From Acanthaster planci (taxonomy: Eukaryota), in NCBI RefSeq assembly GCF_001949145.1, contig NW_019091355.1, forward strand, positions 3,702,646 to 3,766,645: a DNA stretch of 64,000 bases, read 5' to 3'. Below, piece after piece: positions 26,901 through 39,700 of this stretch (its first letter is position 1; the number at the start of each line of letters is the position of its first letter). The translations under genes were made by a program, and so were the position numbers. The notes under the pieces were generated by a model that worked only from the letters and a program-made list of their open reading frames with translations, was not told the DNA's origin and searched no databases.

Positions 26901-29379
26901 TCATTTGTATTTCAGTTATTTTTCCTGTTTCCGAAAACAACCGTGCTCAGACGCCAATGAAAAGACGTCGCTATATCTCCCAGATATATTTAAATCCAAG
27001 AAAGCGTCATTGGTAGTCCCGAAAAACGAACGGAGTATTCCATTAAAATTAAACTATGCTCTTTGGAACCAGTGCTGCAAACATCCATCTATTCTCATAA
27101 AAATTGATTTTGCTGGTCTTAACCCGTATCCCGGCAGTGGTACACCATACCAGTTTTTGGGCTTTAAATTTGAACATTGACATCGTGACACCTCTTCAGG
27201 TTCCCATTCTAGCGATCCACATTGTCACTGCCGTCTACGATTCGGCGGGGTCAGGCACCAGACGACGTGCCGACAAAGTGCAAATCGAAAGGCGGATATC
27301 TGAGTCTGCGCTACGATCGAAAACCTCGCGCCCGCTCGGCAGCTGGTATCACGGGGCTGAATTGAAGTTTGCCAGACGCGTGAAAGGGCTTTGAGAACCC
27401 CGAGGCATCGACCGCGGGTGGGTGCGAAGGGTGGAGAGCCTGGGAGGGGACGAGGACGAAGTGAGGGGCCGGAAGGGTGCGTTGAAAAACCTTTGAGAAT
27501 TCTTACTGGAGAGATTAATGGTGTTAACGAAGTGTAGTTCGAGTCCTCTTCATGGTCTCCTAATAAGTGTACAAAAATATGTTATGATAAAGGGAAGTAA
27601 AGTAATAAATCTCAGGACAGGACTGAAGGGGATGATTAATGGGCTCTTAGGAACTGCTGGAACTGTGGAATACAAGGTGCTTTGGCGAAGGGAAAATCCG
27701 AATTATATGCGAGAATTCGAATGCTCGTTCATCTTTACCAAGTCGTGTGCCAAAAAAAGGCTCCGTCTTAATGTTGTGTCTAGTGCTGGCAGGTCTAGTC
27801 GGTCTTATCCAGTTCAGTATATATAGGCTCATGCTGACGGAAGACGCAGCCTAGCCATAGCTCAGGAAACCCGTTTCAGACGCGGCCTTAATTTCACTAG
27901 CAATTGCTCAAAGTACGAGTTGACAGGATTATTAATTCCTACTGTACTTTCTTCAGAGCCATGTAATAGGATTTTTATGACTTGCATTCGTGAAGCACAG
28001 CTTTATTTACATTTTGCGATGACTTTTCACCTACCTTGTAGCAATAAAAGGGAGAAATTTAAACATTGTTGATTTTATGCTAATGAAACTTTCATATTCA
28101 TAAGCCAAAGTGCGACGTCATTCAAGGCAGAACAGCAGTGTATCAATAGCTTTGTGTACAAACACTTTTCTACATTTTCTTTGGAGTAGGTTCCGCCATG
28201 GTTTTCATGTAAAACAGATTGCTTGGTCAATAGTAGTGGCCACTATTTCTTCAAAACATTGTAGGTAAGTGATTTTGATGGGCTACTTTTTGAATTGGTC
28301 TTTGACGAGGAAGGCCTTGTATGACAACATGAAAATAGCGTCCTCGTGCACATATTAATTAATGACAGTATTTTCCCAAGCTCTGAAAAACTACCATTTT
28401 CTTTTCAGTTTCGATGTAAAAAAATTTCGGACCTTTCAGACTGTGTTCTTGTAACCCACAGTTATACGTGAAAACAGGTTGAATATTTATTAAATATCTA
28501 CCGCGTGTTTCCTTTAAAGTTTAAGTGTGAGCCCGGAAAAACACTCGACGGCAGCTCCGGGTGATGGTGGCCGTTGGTGGCCCTGATGATGACAGAGATG
28601 ACATCGATGATGTTAGTTCTGGTGATGTTGTGATGAGGGTGGCTATTAGGGGGGCTTTGGTGGCGACATCCAAGCAGGTAATGCTGATCCGGTACGGTTG
28701 TGACATCGTAAAAATAATGTTCAAGCATGTTGCATGATGTTTATTCTACCTGTCAAAAAAAACTCACAAAGAGAAGAGAGTATAGATGTTACCGAAAGAT
28801 AATAAATTAAAATTGAGAAAGACGCGTGTACAAAGGCTCGGAATTACACCCCAAGAGAAATAAATAAACATAAGCTGATATTTAACCACATATGTCAGTG
28901 ATGGATGTCATGAATATGGCTCCAGAAACATAACGACTTGTAGTAACATGTTGGCTGGGGGTAGGGTGATGTGGACAGAATGTTTCTCATCCGGTCACTC
29001 GGCCAGCTTGGCCTTGGGATCTTTTGCTCCAGGAAAAATAAATTTGTCCAGGAATTATCGATGCTCGACCTTCTTTCCTCTGGTGTGTATTAATATATAA
29101 CGAGAATCGATTCCTAGTAGGGGAACTGGGCAGCTTGCGCTGGCGAATACGGCAACAAGCAAATAAGCAGAGACAGCGGGGAAAACGTGGTGGTGTGCAT
29201 GGGCGTCATAGACCCCCGAACACTCGGGACATATTCGGTTTATCCACACTGTGCGGCACGGGTTCAATTCCATCGGTATCATAATTATGTCAACGCCTAA
29301 TAACGATAAGGCATCCCACTGCAGCTTGCACCATTGGAATAACAACATCAGACGGAGAAAAGCGCCAAAATTCACACAC

Positions 29380-29640
29380 TTCTACACAACAAAGACCCCG
29401 GCCACCTTCGCTGATTAGCAGTGACCCCTCTTGGCCCAGCTTTAGGGAGACCATTATGAGTAGGCGGGGCCCTGGTTCTCCGCGGAGGTGGTGGTGAGCG
29501 GCGGCCTTTGATGGAGGCAAGCGGCCCGGGCTTTGTATGCCCAAAAAAGGAGCTGTCGGCACGGCTCGACACAGAGCCGATGTGTCACGTGGAATGTTGG
29601 CGCTCTTATGTCTCTCGTCACTTGGCCCCTTGATTGACAA
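29380..29640. promoter_or_regulatory. Candidate Wnt-responsive enhancer upstream of TCF
   Basis: GCGGCGGCCTTTGATG at 29498-29513 (Helper plus HMG site, no spacer), further CAAAG/CTTTG cores at ~29390 and ~29531, and TGATTGACA at 29631-29639. Confidence 0.5.
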
Positions 29641-30665
29641 ACGACGTACGTTGAACGGAATACAATTAGGATCTAATCTCGGCAATGATTGTACAACGGC
29701 ATTGGGGGCTCTGACGAGGTTAGGATGTGCAAGTTGAGTTGCGCATGAACCTCACATACAATGTGCTAATTTGAATAATTCTAGTCAATCACTCCTATCT
29801 TCATATCAAACAAACGGTCGGTGTTGAATCAAACGACATTAAAAAGATGCAGGAGCCGAGTGCGTCTACTACTGATTTAATCTGATGGAATCGTGCATGA
29901 AAAGTGAATGGAAATAGCACCCAAATTATTCTGTCCATTACAAAATTCAGAATAAGACAACTAATAATATGGAATAGCAAACTACCTTAAGGGTGGGTTA
30001 ATTTCACATCGTTAGGAGGTATTTTCCTTAGAGTGCATCCTACTAGTGTCAACCAAACTGGAATACTGCAGATTTTGGCCTCGCATACCTGAGACAATTG
30101 GTGTTCCCGTGGCATCAAATTAAAAGATACCGTTATTTGGAGCTGAGCCGAAGTCCACCTTTGGCTTATACCGCGCGATGGGTCTGGACGCGTTTCACTA
30201 AGCCACAGAGGGCGCTATCCAGCTTCTTCTCTTGGAAAACACGGCACTAGCGCTGCAAAATTCCCTTTTGGCCAAGGGCGCCGTCCAAAAAGCACACGTT
30301 AAGAGTTAAATAGTTTTACTATTTATCCAAAATTTCCCGAGACATTTTTAAAACATCGTCAGTTATGTCAGAATTGTAGAGAAAACTTTGATTTTTTTTC
30401 CATTGGCCCATGATGTTCATTTCCTGAAAATGAACGAGAAAAATTAATGTGACATTTCGTCACGGTATTTTCTTTATCAAGTAAGTGAAGCCTTAAACCT
30501 GACCAACAGTGTTCAAAGCCGATTTTATTAATTAAATTGAAATCGAACCGGCCATATACAAAAAAGGGCATGGGGGACCTACCGCTATGCCATCCATGGC
30601 ACTACATGCCCCAGGCAGGGTACTTCAATGCCTTGTCTCATTTTAACCCTCGCAACGTGTTGTGT

Positions 30666-30683
30666 CATCAAAGCTATGCCGCC
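30666..30683. promoter_or_regulatory. TCF HMG site plus Helper site
   Basis: CATCAAAG (30666-30673) followed after 4 nt by GCCGCC (30678-30683). Confidence 0.4.
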
Positions 30684-33600
30684 TTCGCTAATCTCTCCCG
30701 TACAATAACTCGGCCTCCGGCCGGTAAGTCGGCGGTCAATTCTCGATCGTCCGGTCGGTGAGAGGTGAACCGGAACAACGCGGTGACGTAACCAAACCCC
30801 ACGAGCCCAGGTAGACTCATGAATATTAAGTGTTACATTTCATATAGCACTTATCAACAAATTTCCACCCACTGTTTGGGAGAGGAGATAACGAATACAA
30901 AATTACTTCTGAAGGAAAAATGAATAAAACCATTTCCTTGAATGTGTTCGACGGAAAACCAGTCACCTATCACGTTACTTTTCGCACGTGAGGAATTTAA
31001 ATCATTAGGGGGAAGTCTGTTAATATAACAGTAAACAATCCACAGAAATGTTGTTGTATTCGATGAGATAGTTCTATGCAGCCGACGCCGCCCTGACAAT
31101 GAGAACTTTTGGATCTGAGCTGGAATAAAAGACGAGGGATAATATCGGGTTACACATGTAACAGGAAATTAGCTGTTCAATCCCCCAAAACATTTCAGGT
31201 TTAGAGGGTGCAAGCCACAGTGTACATCGTACACTTCTAACCAGGGTGACCGTTTGAAGCAACCGTCCGTGCAACTTGACAGACATTTTTTTTGGGGGGG
31301 GGGACAAAAGGGAATGATTTTTACGCAGATTTCTTACAGAATTCTGTAAAATCGGCACTTCAAACAGAAACATATAGCAGCTTTAGTTTGAACATTTTTT
31401 TTCAAATGAATGATTTACAAACCAAAACAGATCAGTTAAGTCATTCTATGGAATGATGGAATTTCCTGGGACTTTGACGTCGTGTGAGCCAAGCTTCACC
31501 TTAGATTAGGCACTTAACTTGTTTATATGCGGCTTAATTATAAGCAATTTTATAACCTCTACATGCGAGTTTAAGTATTTATAATGTGCTGTGTGCAGTT
31601 GCAGATTTTTAAAAGTGCATTTAGCGGAATTGTGCCATTACACTGGCGTCGTCACCAAAAATGCGTCGACTCCAACGGCAGTGCGGCAGGATTGTTTGTA
31701 GCGACCAATTGCAATAGTCGAGTGAAGCAAAAGTCGAAATGGCTGCGAACAGCGAAAAACAACTGTAATGCGATTTGTGGAGTCATGTTTCCTTCTTTTA
31801 TGAGAGCCAATACTAATTAGACCGACCGACTGATCAACCGACCAAACCAGGCAGCCGGCTACACTACCTCAGACAACGGCACAACGAACCATGAAATCAA
31901 TCGATGCGTGGGCCAGCAGACTGAAAAATAATAGGTTAATGGGAACATTGGACGAACAATCTAGTGTAAGAGAGGGTAACCATTTTAATTTCGAGCGTTG
32001 GCGCGTGACAAAAATTAACGAACCGATAGCGGGACGCCAAAATTAAGCTTCCATCTTCGCATGACGGGAGGTTGTGCAATGAATGTCGAAACCAGTGAGA
32101 ACAAATTGGCACCAATTTCATAGAATGCGGTGACTCACGTCATGTCAGCTGTTTGATGCTGGATTCTGGTAGTAATGTGAATTCCTTTTCCCACCAAAAA
32201 GACCTGGCAAGCCCACACTTGGTTTGTATCGTGGAAAAGGACGTAAAACAGCAACCTCACTGACACAAAATGATATCCACTCTCCTCTCCGACCGGCTGA
32301 ACGTTTGACGTTGCGCCCTTGGCCAATTATGAAATTTACTCTCCCCACATCTGTTCTTAAAACAAGATGTTGAACGGTGGCATCATAATATCACGATGTC
32401 CGAAGGATAAGAACCCCATCTCCTCTCTTAAACATGTTTGTGGAGAAGGATTTCGCGATAATTTTCAGCCCGTCTTCAGCGGTCTTAGAAACTAGGCCAC
32501 TGTCCCCTAGTCCAATTCCAGTTCGGTTTCACAACTCAGCCGCGACAAAGCCATTTGGTCATCGCCTCGCCGAGAAATTTGTGGCGGGGAGCGTGTGATA
32601 TCTCTCGCCTTGCCGGTGACGCGACCAGGCGGAAGAAAATTTTTAAAAGCTTGGTGGATGACACCGACAACGAACCCATTACCATCGACGCATAAGTCCG
32701 GTGCATTTTAGGGTGTTACCCCCCCCCCCCAATGCAGGATCTGTCTTGGGAGCTGGTTACCGGTACGGGGTATAGGATGACATGATGGGTGGTAGGAAGA
32801 GAAACAGGGGTGAGGAAAAAGGTAAAGGTCATGGTGGTGTATGAGCGCCGAAAGGAAGGGGGCGTGACTCTCTTCAAGGCGAAGAGGGGCAGGACACTTA
32901 TCTCTTTCCGGCTAGCCAACAATCAACTGTGTGCACGTGGTTTGCCCTTCATTTATACGTTGAAGAGACAATTTATTTTGTTAGTAAAGCTGTGACCGAG
33001 TTGTCGCGACAAAAGAACTTGTTCCCATAATCTTTAGTCTTCACAAAACGTGTGCAGTCCCCACGGCCAAGGAACTCGTGTGTGTGTGTGGGGGGGGAGG
33101 TGTCCATTTCAAAGCCATTTTCAAGAAAATTGCCGATTTCCACCCCCTTTTTTCTTCTGTTCCACTTTTTCTTTAAATTTCTCTTTCTTTTCTCTCGGTC
33201 TCTTGTCACATTCCTCTTTTTGTCCCCCAGGGAGTGAAAAAGCAGAAAAACACCCCCTTCCAGGGTGTCCATGCAAGGGTGAGAGTTTTGGTAATACATA
33301 AATAAAAAAAGAGAGGAGATTATTGTGACCCTGATATAATTTGGAGGGAAAGACTATTAGTAACTTTAAGCATGATGAAATTGTGGTTATCATTGGTTTG
33401 CTAGTTTATTAAAAAAAATTAAAACAAATTCACATTACATAGGAATTAACACAAATGACTCCGATCAACAAGTTAATTTTTTAATTGATGGAATCACAAA
33501 GAAACACATTAAAAGGAAAAAAAATGAAATACTGCCACACTTTATTTACTTGGATTAAAGAAAAAAGGGCAACATCTGATAGGGAAGTGAGGATGGTGAG

Positions 33601-33729
33601 TGGTGAGAGTAAGAGTGGTGATTCCGGTTGTGATTTGGACAGCGCTGGCTACAAAGGTCATTCAATAACCCCAACGCTCTGGAGTGTATGTGAAATCATA
33701 TTGAAATGGGAGAATTTGGGACTGTTCGG

Positions 33730-34743
33730 TAGGGCTGTGCCAAATATCCGCATATTCGATCGAGTATCAAATATTCGAATATTATTTTCCGAATGCGAAT
33801 ATTTGAGAGCAAAATTCATGAAAACAAGGGGAAAATTTTCTTTTGTTTTAAATGCCAAATATTGCACTGTGGAGGCTTGTTTCAAGCAGGCTCAAATGAA
33901 AAGCGACAGAAATCTCACAACGATTCCAAAATTAATTTGTTCATTACAAAATTTGAAAGGACAAGAAGTATTGTTCNNNNNNNNNNNNNNNNNNNNNNNN
34001 NNNNNNNNNNNNNNNNNNNNNNNNNNNNNNNNNNNNNNNNNNNNNNNNNNNNNNNNNNNNNNNNNNNNNNNNNNNNNNNNNNNNNNNNNNNNNNNNNNNN
34101 NNNNNNNNNNNNNNNNNNNNNNNNNNNNNNNNNNNNNNNNNNNNNNNNNNNNNNNNNNNNNNNNNNNNNNNNNNNNNNNNNNNNNNNNNNNNNNNNNNNN
34201 NNNNNNNNNNNNNNNNNNNNNNNNNNNNNNNNNNNNNNNNNNNNNNNNNNNNNNNNNNNNNNNNNNNNNNNNNNNNNNNNNNNNNNNNNNNNNNNNNNNN
34301 NNNNNNNNNNNNNNNNNNNNNNNNNNNNNNNNNNNNNNNNNNNNNNNNNNNNNNNNNNNNNNNNNNNNNNNNNNNNNNNNNNNNNNNNNNNNNNNNNNNN
34401 NNNNNNNNNNNNNNNNNNNNNNNNNNNNNNNNNNNNNNNNNNNNNNNNNNNNNNNNNNNNNNNNNNNNNNNNNNNNNNNNNNNNNNNNNNNNNNNNNNNN
34501 NNNNNNNNNNNNNNNNNNNNNNNNNNNNNNNNNNNNNNNNNNNNNNNNNNNNNNNNNNNNNNNNNNNNNNNNNNNNNNNNNNNNGTGAGAAGCTATTACA
34601 GTGATCAGAATGTACAATTTTGTGCATTATTGCTTTATTGTTCATCAACAATCTGCTGGTCGGTACGAATGAATATTCAGATATTCGATCGAATTGTAGG
34701 TCGAATATTCGAATAGTGAATTATTCAAATTGACTCAACCCTA
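33730..34743. mobile_element. Non-autonomous hAT-like DNA transposon (spans an assembly gap)
   Basis: Termini TAGGGCTG...CAACCCTA, subterminal arrays of GAATATTCG-like motifs at both ends, and 8-bp flanks CTGTTCGG/CTGTTAGG (7/8 identical, consistent with a TSD). Confidence 0.75.
33977..34584. other. Assembly gap (inside the hAT-like element)
   Basis: Run of N. Confidence 1.
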
Positions 34744-36038
34744 CTGTTAGGGCTATGAATACTGTCCAACAGTGGGAAGATGGCAGTCGTGATGGAGGGA
34801 ATGGGTTGGAGCAAATGAATCTCCGGTGGATTTGCGCAGATTTTTATATCCACTCTCTAGACCAGAACACTATTGACTGTCAAACGACATCCTTTATGGG
34901 CAAAAGGGGAGGAGTCTTAAAATTTGAACACCTCCTGGAAAACTCCTTAATTGTAACAATTCCTTAGGCAAAGAACACCTCCCCTTACTGTTTTCATTTG
35001 TATGTACTACTGACAAGCAAATATCATTTTTACATCTTCGCAATGTAATGCACTGTGTCAGAGGAAAAACAAAATGCTAGGAACACTACATCACTGACAT
35101 TCTCACTAAAGCTACTGTGACCACTGCGTGCATTGCCCAACGCCTGACCCTAAGGCATTTCTTCTGGCAACCTTTCCAGCATCCTCCGAAATTCTCCACT
35201 GTGCAGTGTGCAAGTGCTGCAGTCAGTGTACATGTACATCAATATTCTAGGACACTGGGTTTCACATAGTGTCACGGCTCCACCTTTCTCAATCCTGCAG
35301 ATTCCAACAAACACTCTTGGTAGATTTTGACAGATCTGGGAACGAGCTTAAGTTGTGGAACACTTTGAAAAGAGTAATAAAAACATGTAGAGAAAAATGT
35401 ATTTAAAACTACCTAAAGTATGCCTTCTGGGATTGAAAAGTAACACACACACTGTCTAAGAGCTGATTTGACGAAATAATTTGCCATCTTGAGAATATTT
35501 TTTTTTCAATTTTTTTGGCATACTGTACTAATGCCTCACGTAAAGGCAGACTCTGTACGCCTAAACAACATTCTGCCGTACAGCACAGCATTAAATCTGA
35601 GTACAGAGTTTCTCTGCTCACAGGCAGGTGCAAGGCGCATTCACACACCGCAATTATTGCTCAAGACTTGAAGCTCGTCACACTTTTTCACATTCGATGT
35701 GGTGATATTCATTAACATTTAACTCTTATACGACGGATCCCCGTTTCATGATTTTCTCGCAAAGATTTTAAAAAATAAAATGAAAGTAGTCTCCCGTCAA
35801 GTGACTGGTTTATCTTGTCTGGATTTTAAAAATGGATACGTGTAAAGGTTACACATGTATGACGAATATGACAACCAAACCGTTTTGAGGCTGTCCTGCG
35901 CAGAACAAGAACTACATGTTGTTTGCAATGTTCAATCAACACACTGTATTTTTAAAAAATATTCATCACTTAAAAATGTTACCAAGGGGTTTCTTGCTCA
36001 GTATGTGTTGTGTCCACTTTGAACGTGTCATGACTATA

Positions 36039-36291
36039 TGTGGCCCACTCTGCGAAAAGGAGTCTTAAGTTGCCAGAGCCACTTTTTGAGTTTTCATTTG
36101 TATTCGAAAGAGCAAATAAAGCTTTTTGTTTTGATGTATCACGCAGTCTGGCATCCTGACAAAAGTGGATATTCCATGCTGAAAATGCTGTGGGTTCCTG
36201 TTGATTTACACTGTGCCAAATTAGTCTAAAGGACTTTTTACTCCAAAGTGGCTCTGGCGACTTAAGACTCCTTTTCGCAGAGGGGGCCACA
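36039..36291. mobile_element. MITE, family A copy 1 (~250 bp)
   Basis: ~45-bp TIRs TGTGGCCCACTCTGCGAAAAGGAGTCTTAAGTTGCCAGAGCCACTTT and the matching reverse complement at the right end; TATA on both flanks. Confidence 0.85.
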
Positions 36292-36574
36292 TATATGGAC
36301 CATTCTTTTGGGCACGAAACACCAACTGCACTCTTTTCATGCTGACAGAATGGGACTGAGAGATTGTCAGTTCGAGTGGCAAGTGGGAACAGCCTCAGCA
36401 AGTCTCCAAGCAGAAACCACAAAGAACTTGGCAAGGGCGCCACTTTCAACTAAGTTAATCTTAGTGAGAGGCAGATCCTTGGCAAGGCGGTAGGGTGAGT
36501 GAGAAAACTGCCTCTCCTCCCTCTGCCATCTAAAGCCTAAGCATGGATTTCCAGGGGGAGTGGCAATGCTTACT

Positions 36575-36719
36575 CTAGTCCAGTGGAATGGCGCTGTTGT
36601 TGGCGGCTCCCGGCTGCAGCTGCTTGGTCTCGCGCGTCTTCTGCAGCGATGTCAAGAGGTCATCCATGGAGACAGGACGCAGTGACTCCTCAGCACCGTC
36701 GTCGGCCTCCACTTCGTTG
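36575..36719 (-). CDS. ATAD1: ATAD1 last coding exon
   Basis: [27 protein letters not shown]...AIPLD*; acceptor tctccccttAG; TAG at 36577-36575. Confidence 0.9.
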
Positions 36720-39700
36720 CTAAGGGGAGAAAGTAGAGAATCCCAGTCAATGCTTATGTAGTGCTGTGCGATCCAAAGTCCAGGGAGTTGCGCTCAAGAT
36801 ACTTGGGGCGTAACACTGGGTAACTGCAATTGGTGTGTTCTTGAGCAAGCCACTCTACCACAAGGCACACCACTTTATTATGTAAATAACCTACAGACAT
36901 GCACAATGGAAGTAGGAAATGTGGTCTTATTTTCAAGCTCAGGGCTCTGCCAATCGGCCCAGCCAATTTCACAGAGTTGACAAAAGTATGCCTTTCAAAA
37001 GCAAATAAAAATTAGCATACGGGCAAGCTCCCGGCCAAAATGTTATGTAACGTACATTCCTCGTGACTGATACTTAGAGGACTGCACAAAAATGTGCAAA
37101 TATCGCTGATTTGTTTCACTGACCTTCTGCATGTTATTAGCCCCAGGCACTCAGGCAACCAAAACTGGCACTGAGGTTTAGTAAGTGGAGAGAGATTTCT
37201 TGGGGGGGGGTTTCATAATTTTCTGAGTGAACCCTGACCTGTTGACAGCTGGCTGGTTCCTCATGTAGTCTCTCATTGTGTAGATGCAAGCGTTGCGACA
37301 CATCTCTCGCAAGTCACTCCCTGAGAAGCCGTCTGTCTGATCAGCTACCTCCAAAAGACTGACAGTGTCTGCTAGCTATACAAGAGGTTCCGAAAATAAC
37401 GCAGATAACTGATACTTTTGTTACTTGGGAGGCAAGTCAGTTGTTCATGGGTGTTGTTGGGGGAAGTCTGCAGTGATACCTTGTCACACCTGATCCTTTT
37501 CTGAACAATTTTAAACGTTTCCATTCCAACTGCTGCCATGCTCCGTTTGTCTTTGGGAAGACTGTCAACATCAACTGTAACTTATGATTTGCTTACCAGG
37601 GCACTTGTGGTGCTCTACCGTAGTGAGAACCAGGGCAGGGTATCAAAGTCACCGTGAAGAATTTATTCTTGTCCCAAAGGCAATCACTGGCTGCATATTT
37701 GTGACCCACTCTGTGCAAATGAGTCACAAGTCGCCAGAGCCACTTTCGAGTAAAAAGTCCTTTAGAATAATTTTGCCCGGTGTAAATCAAAAGGAACCCA
37801 CAGCATTTTCACCAAAAGAGTCTCCACTTTCATCAGGATGCCAAACTGAGTGATACATCAAAAAAAAACAAACTCAATTTGCTCTTTCCAGTACAAATGA
37901 AAACTCAAAAAGTGGCTCTGGAGACTTATGACTCATTGTCACAGAGCGGGTCACATTTTCCCTACTCACTATCCATCTGAATTTCCCGATTTCTTCAGCA
38001 AGAGAGATATACAAAAGCAGAAACTATTTCAAGGCAGTTTTCCCAGATTTAAAAGAAATAAACAATATGCCAGCAGAGGAAAGGTTTACCTACTTTTTCT
38101 GAGCGGAGGATTATTTTTAATATACTCTCACGTTCCCTCTTTCCCTGCAAATAGACAAGAAACGTGGCATTACAACCTGAATAACATACCTTAATACACA
38201 AGTCATTTTAAATAACAAACCTCGGTAAGATAAGATACACTTTGCTAGCAACATAGCTATGCAATAACGTGAGACAACACCAAATGATCGATGGGAAGTT
38301 ACATCATAGGTGGCATCTCTCCTCTTGACGGTGAAGGACGATCTTGAAAATTGAAAACAGCAACACTAGAGTCTGACTATGGTTAGAGGGATTCTTTCAT
38401 GTCCAGAAAGCACCATCAGCAATCTGGGCATTCTACACCCCTCACTGATCAGCAGGGAATAATCCGGCGACAAAAATTTAGACGCCACTTCTGTGGAGAT
38501 ACCGCACTCATGAGCAGGCGGTACGCTCACGTCAGATGCCTCTTTGACCAATAAGGTGTTGCGGCGTGTCAAAATGTAAGCGTACCTCGGGTACAAATGT
38601 GCCAAGAAGCGCCTTCCTAGTTTCAGTGCTTGCATTTTTCCCCTAGTCGAGGGTCAGCACGTGCACAGGGCCAGGGGACACAGAACCAGAAGGCTGGAGA
38701 TAGCCAGATACTTACAGGCAGACCAATGTGGAAGGTGGTGGGCATTCGGCGCAGAATTGCGGGGTCTACGTCTCGTGGTCGGTTTGTGGCGCCCATTAAG
38801 ATGACCTGGGGAAGACAAGACACAAAAAAGTCTCTAAGCTTTGTGTCTCGACACCCCACCTTGTGAGATACTCTGTGCGTGTCTATGAATGGTTCGATTT
38901 TGTCTGAAAACTGCACTGCATGGTGATATGCATCCCAATGGTTGCTGATGGGTTCATGGAGAGCAAGCATTTATTCTGCCGGATTGTGACGCTTCTTGAC
39001 ACAAAGGTGTTGTTTAGAGAGGTGGTATCCAAAACGGTTTGCAATTACTATTTTCTTGAGTTAATTGTAGGTTAATAGTGCACAGACGCAGATGTGTAAT
39101 TTCACACCGCCTGCTGGCACTCTACTATACTTTTCATTCATTTCTGGGGTTGCTTCAAGCGATGACACCGATCCTATCATTCCTAGCAAGCCAGTTCGGT
39201 ATTCCAAACATGCATGCGCAAAACAAAGTGTGCCGCGTGTCATTCGAGAACATCTTTGAGGTTGGCCCTAACAGCTTTGCATATACGTCGACCGACGCGC
39301 ACTGAACATGTCGCAGACGGCGTGACATCGGGTGCTTTGTTCTCGAATGACCCGAAATGTTTGGAATACCGAATTGGCTCGCTGACTGAGCCTCACATCG
39401 CAGTTTTTGTCGGTGATCAGCCCGTCCCACATGGTCATGAACTGCGCCTTCATCATAGCCGTCGCCTCGTGGTCGTGGCTGGCCCGTGACCTCAGGAAGG
39501 AGTCAATCTCGTCGATGAAGATGATGGCTGGTTGCAACTTGATTGCCTTCAAAGGAAGAGGAGTTTGTGGCATGGTTAGAAACCACTCCCAGCTTTCAAG
39601 GGACTCCAAATCTGAAGTTACTTAGAGAAAAATGCTCAGGCTCAATCTTCTGCAAAATCTTCCCAAACCAACCTCAAGCCACTGCTGTTTTACATAGGGC

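Noticed and set aside
28540..28690. Asp/Gly/Val-rich reading frame ending in CAG|GTAAT
   Set aside because: Degenerate (GAT/GGT)n low-complexity sequence with no acceptor or homology
35719..35851. Possible small TTAA-flanked MITE
   Set aside because: Inverted ends too degenerate and right TSD not intact
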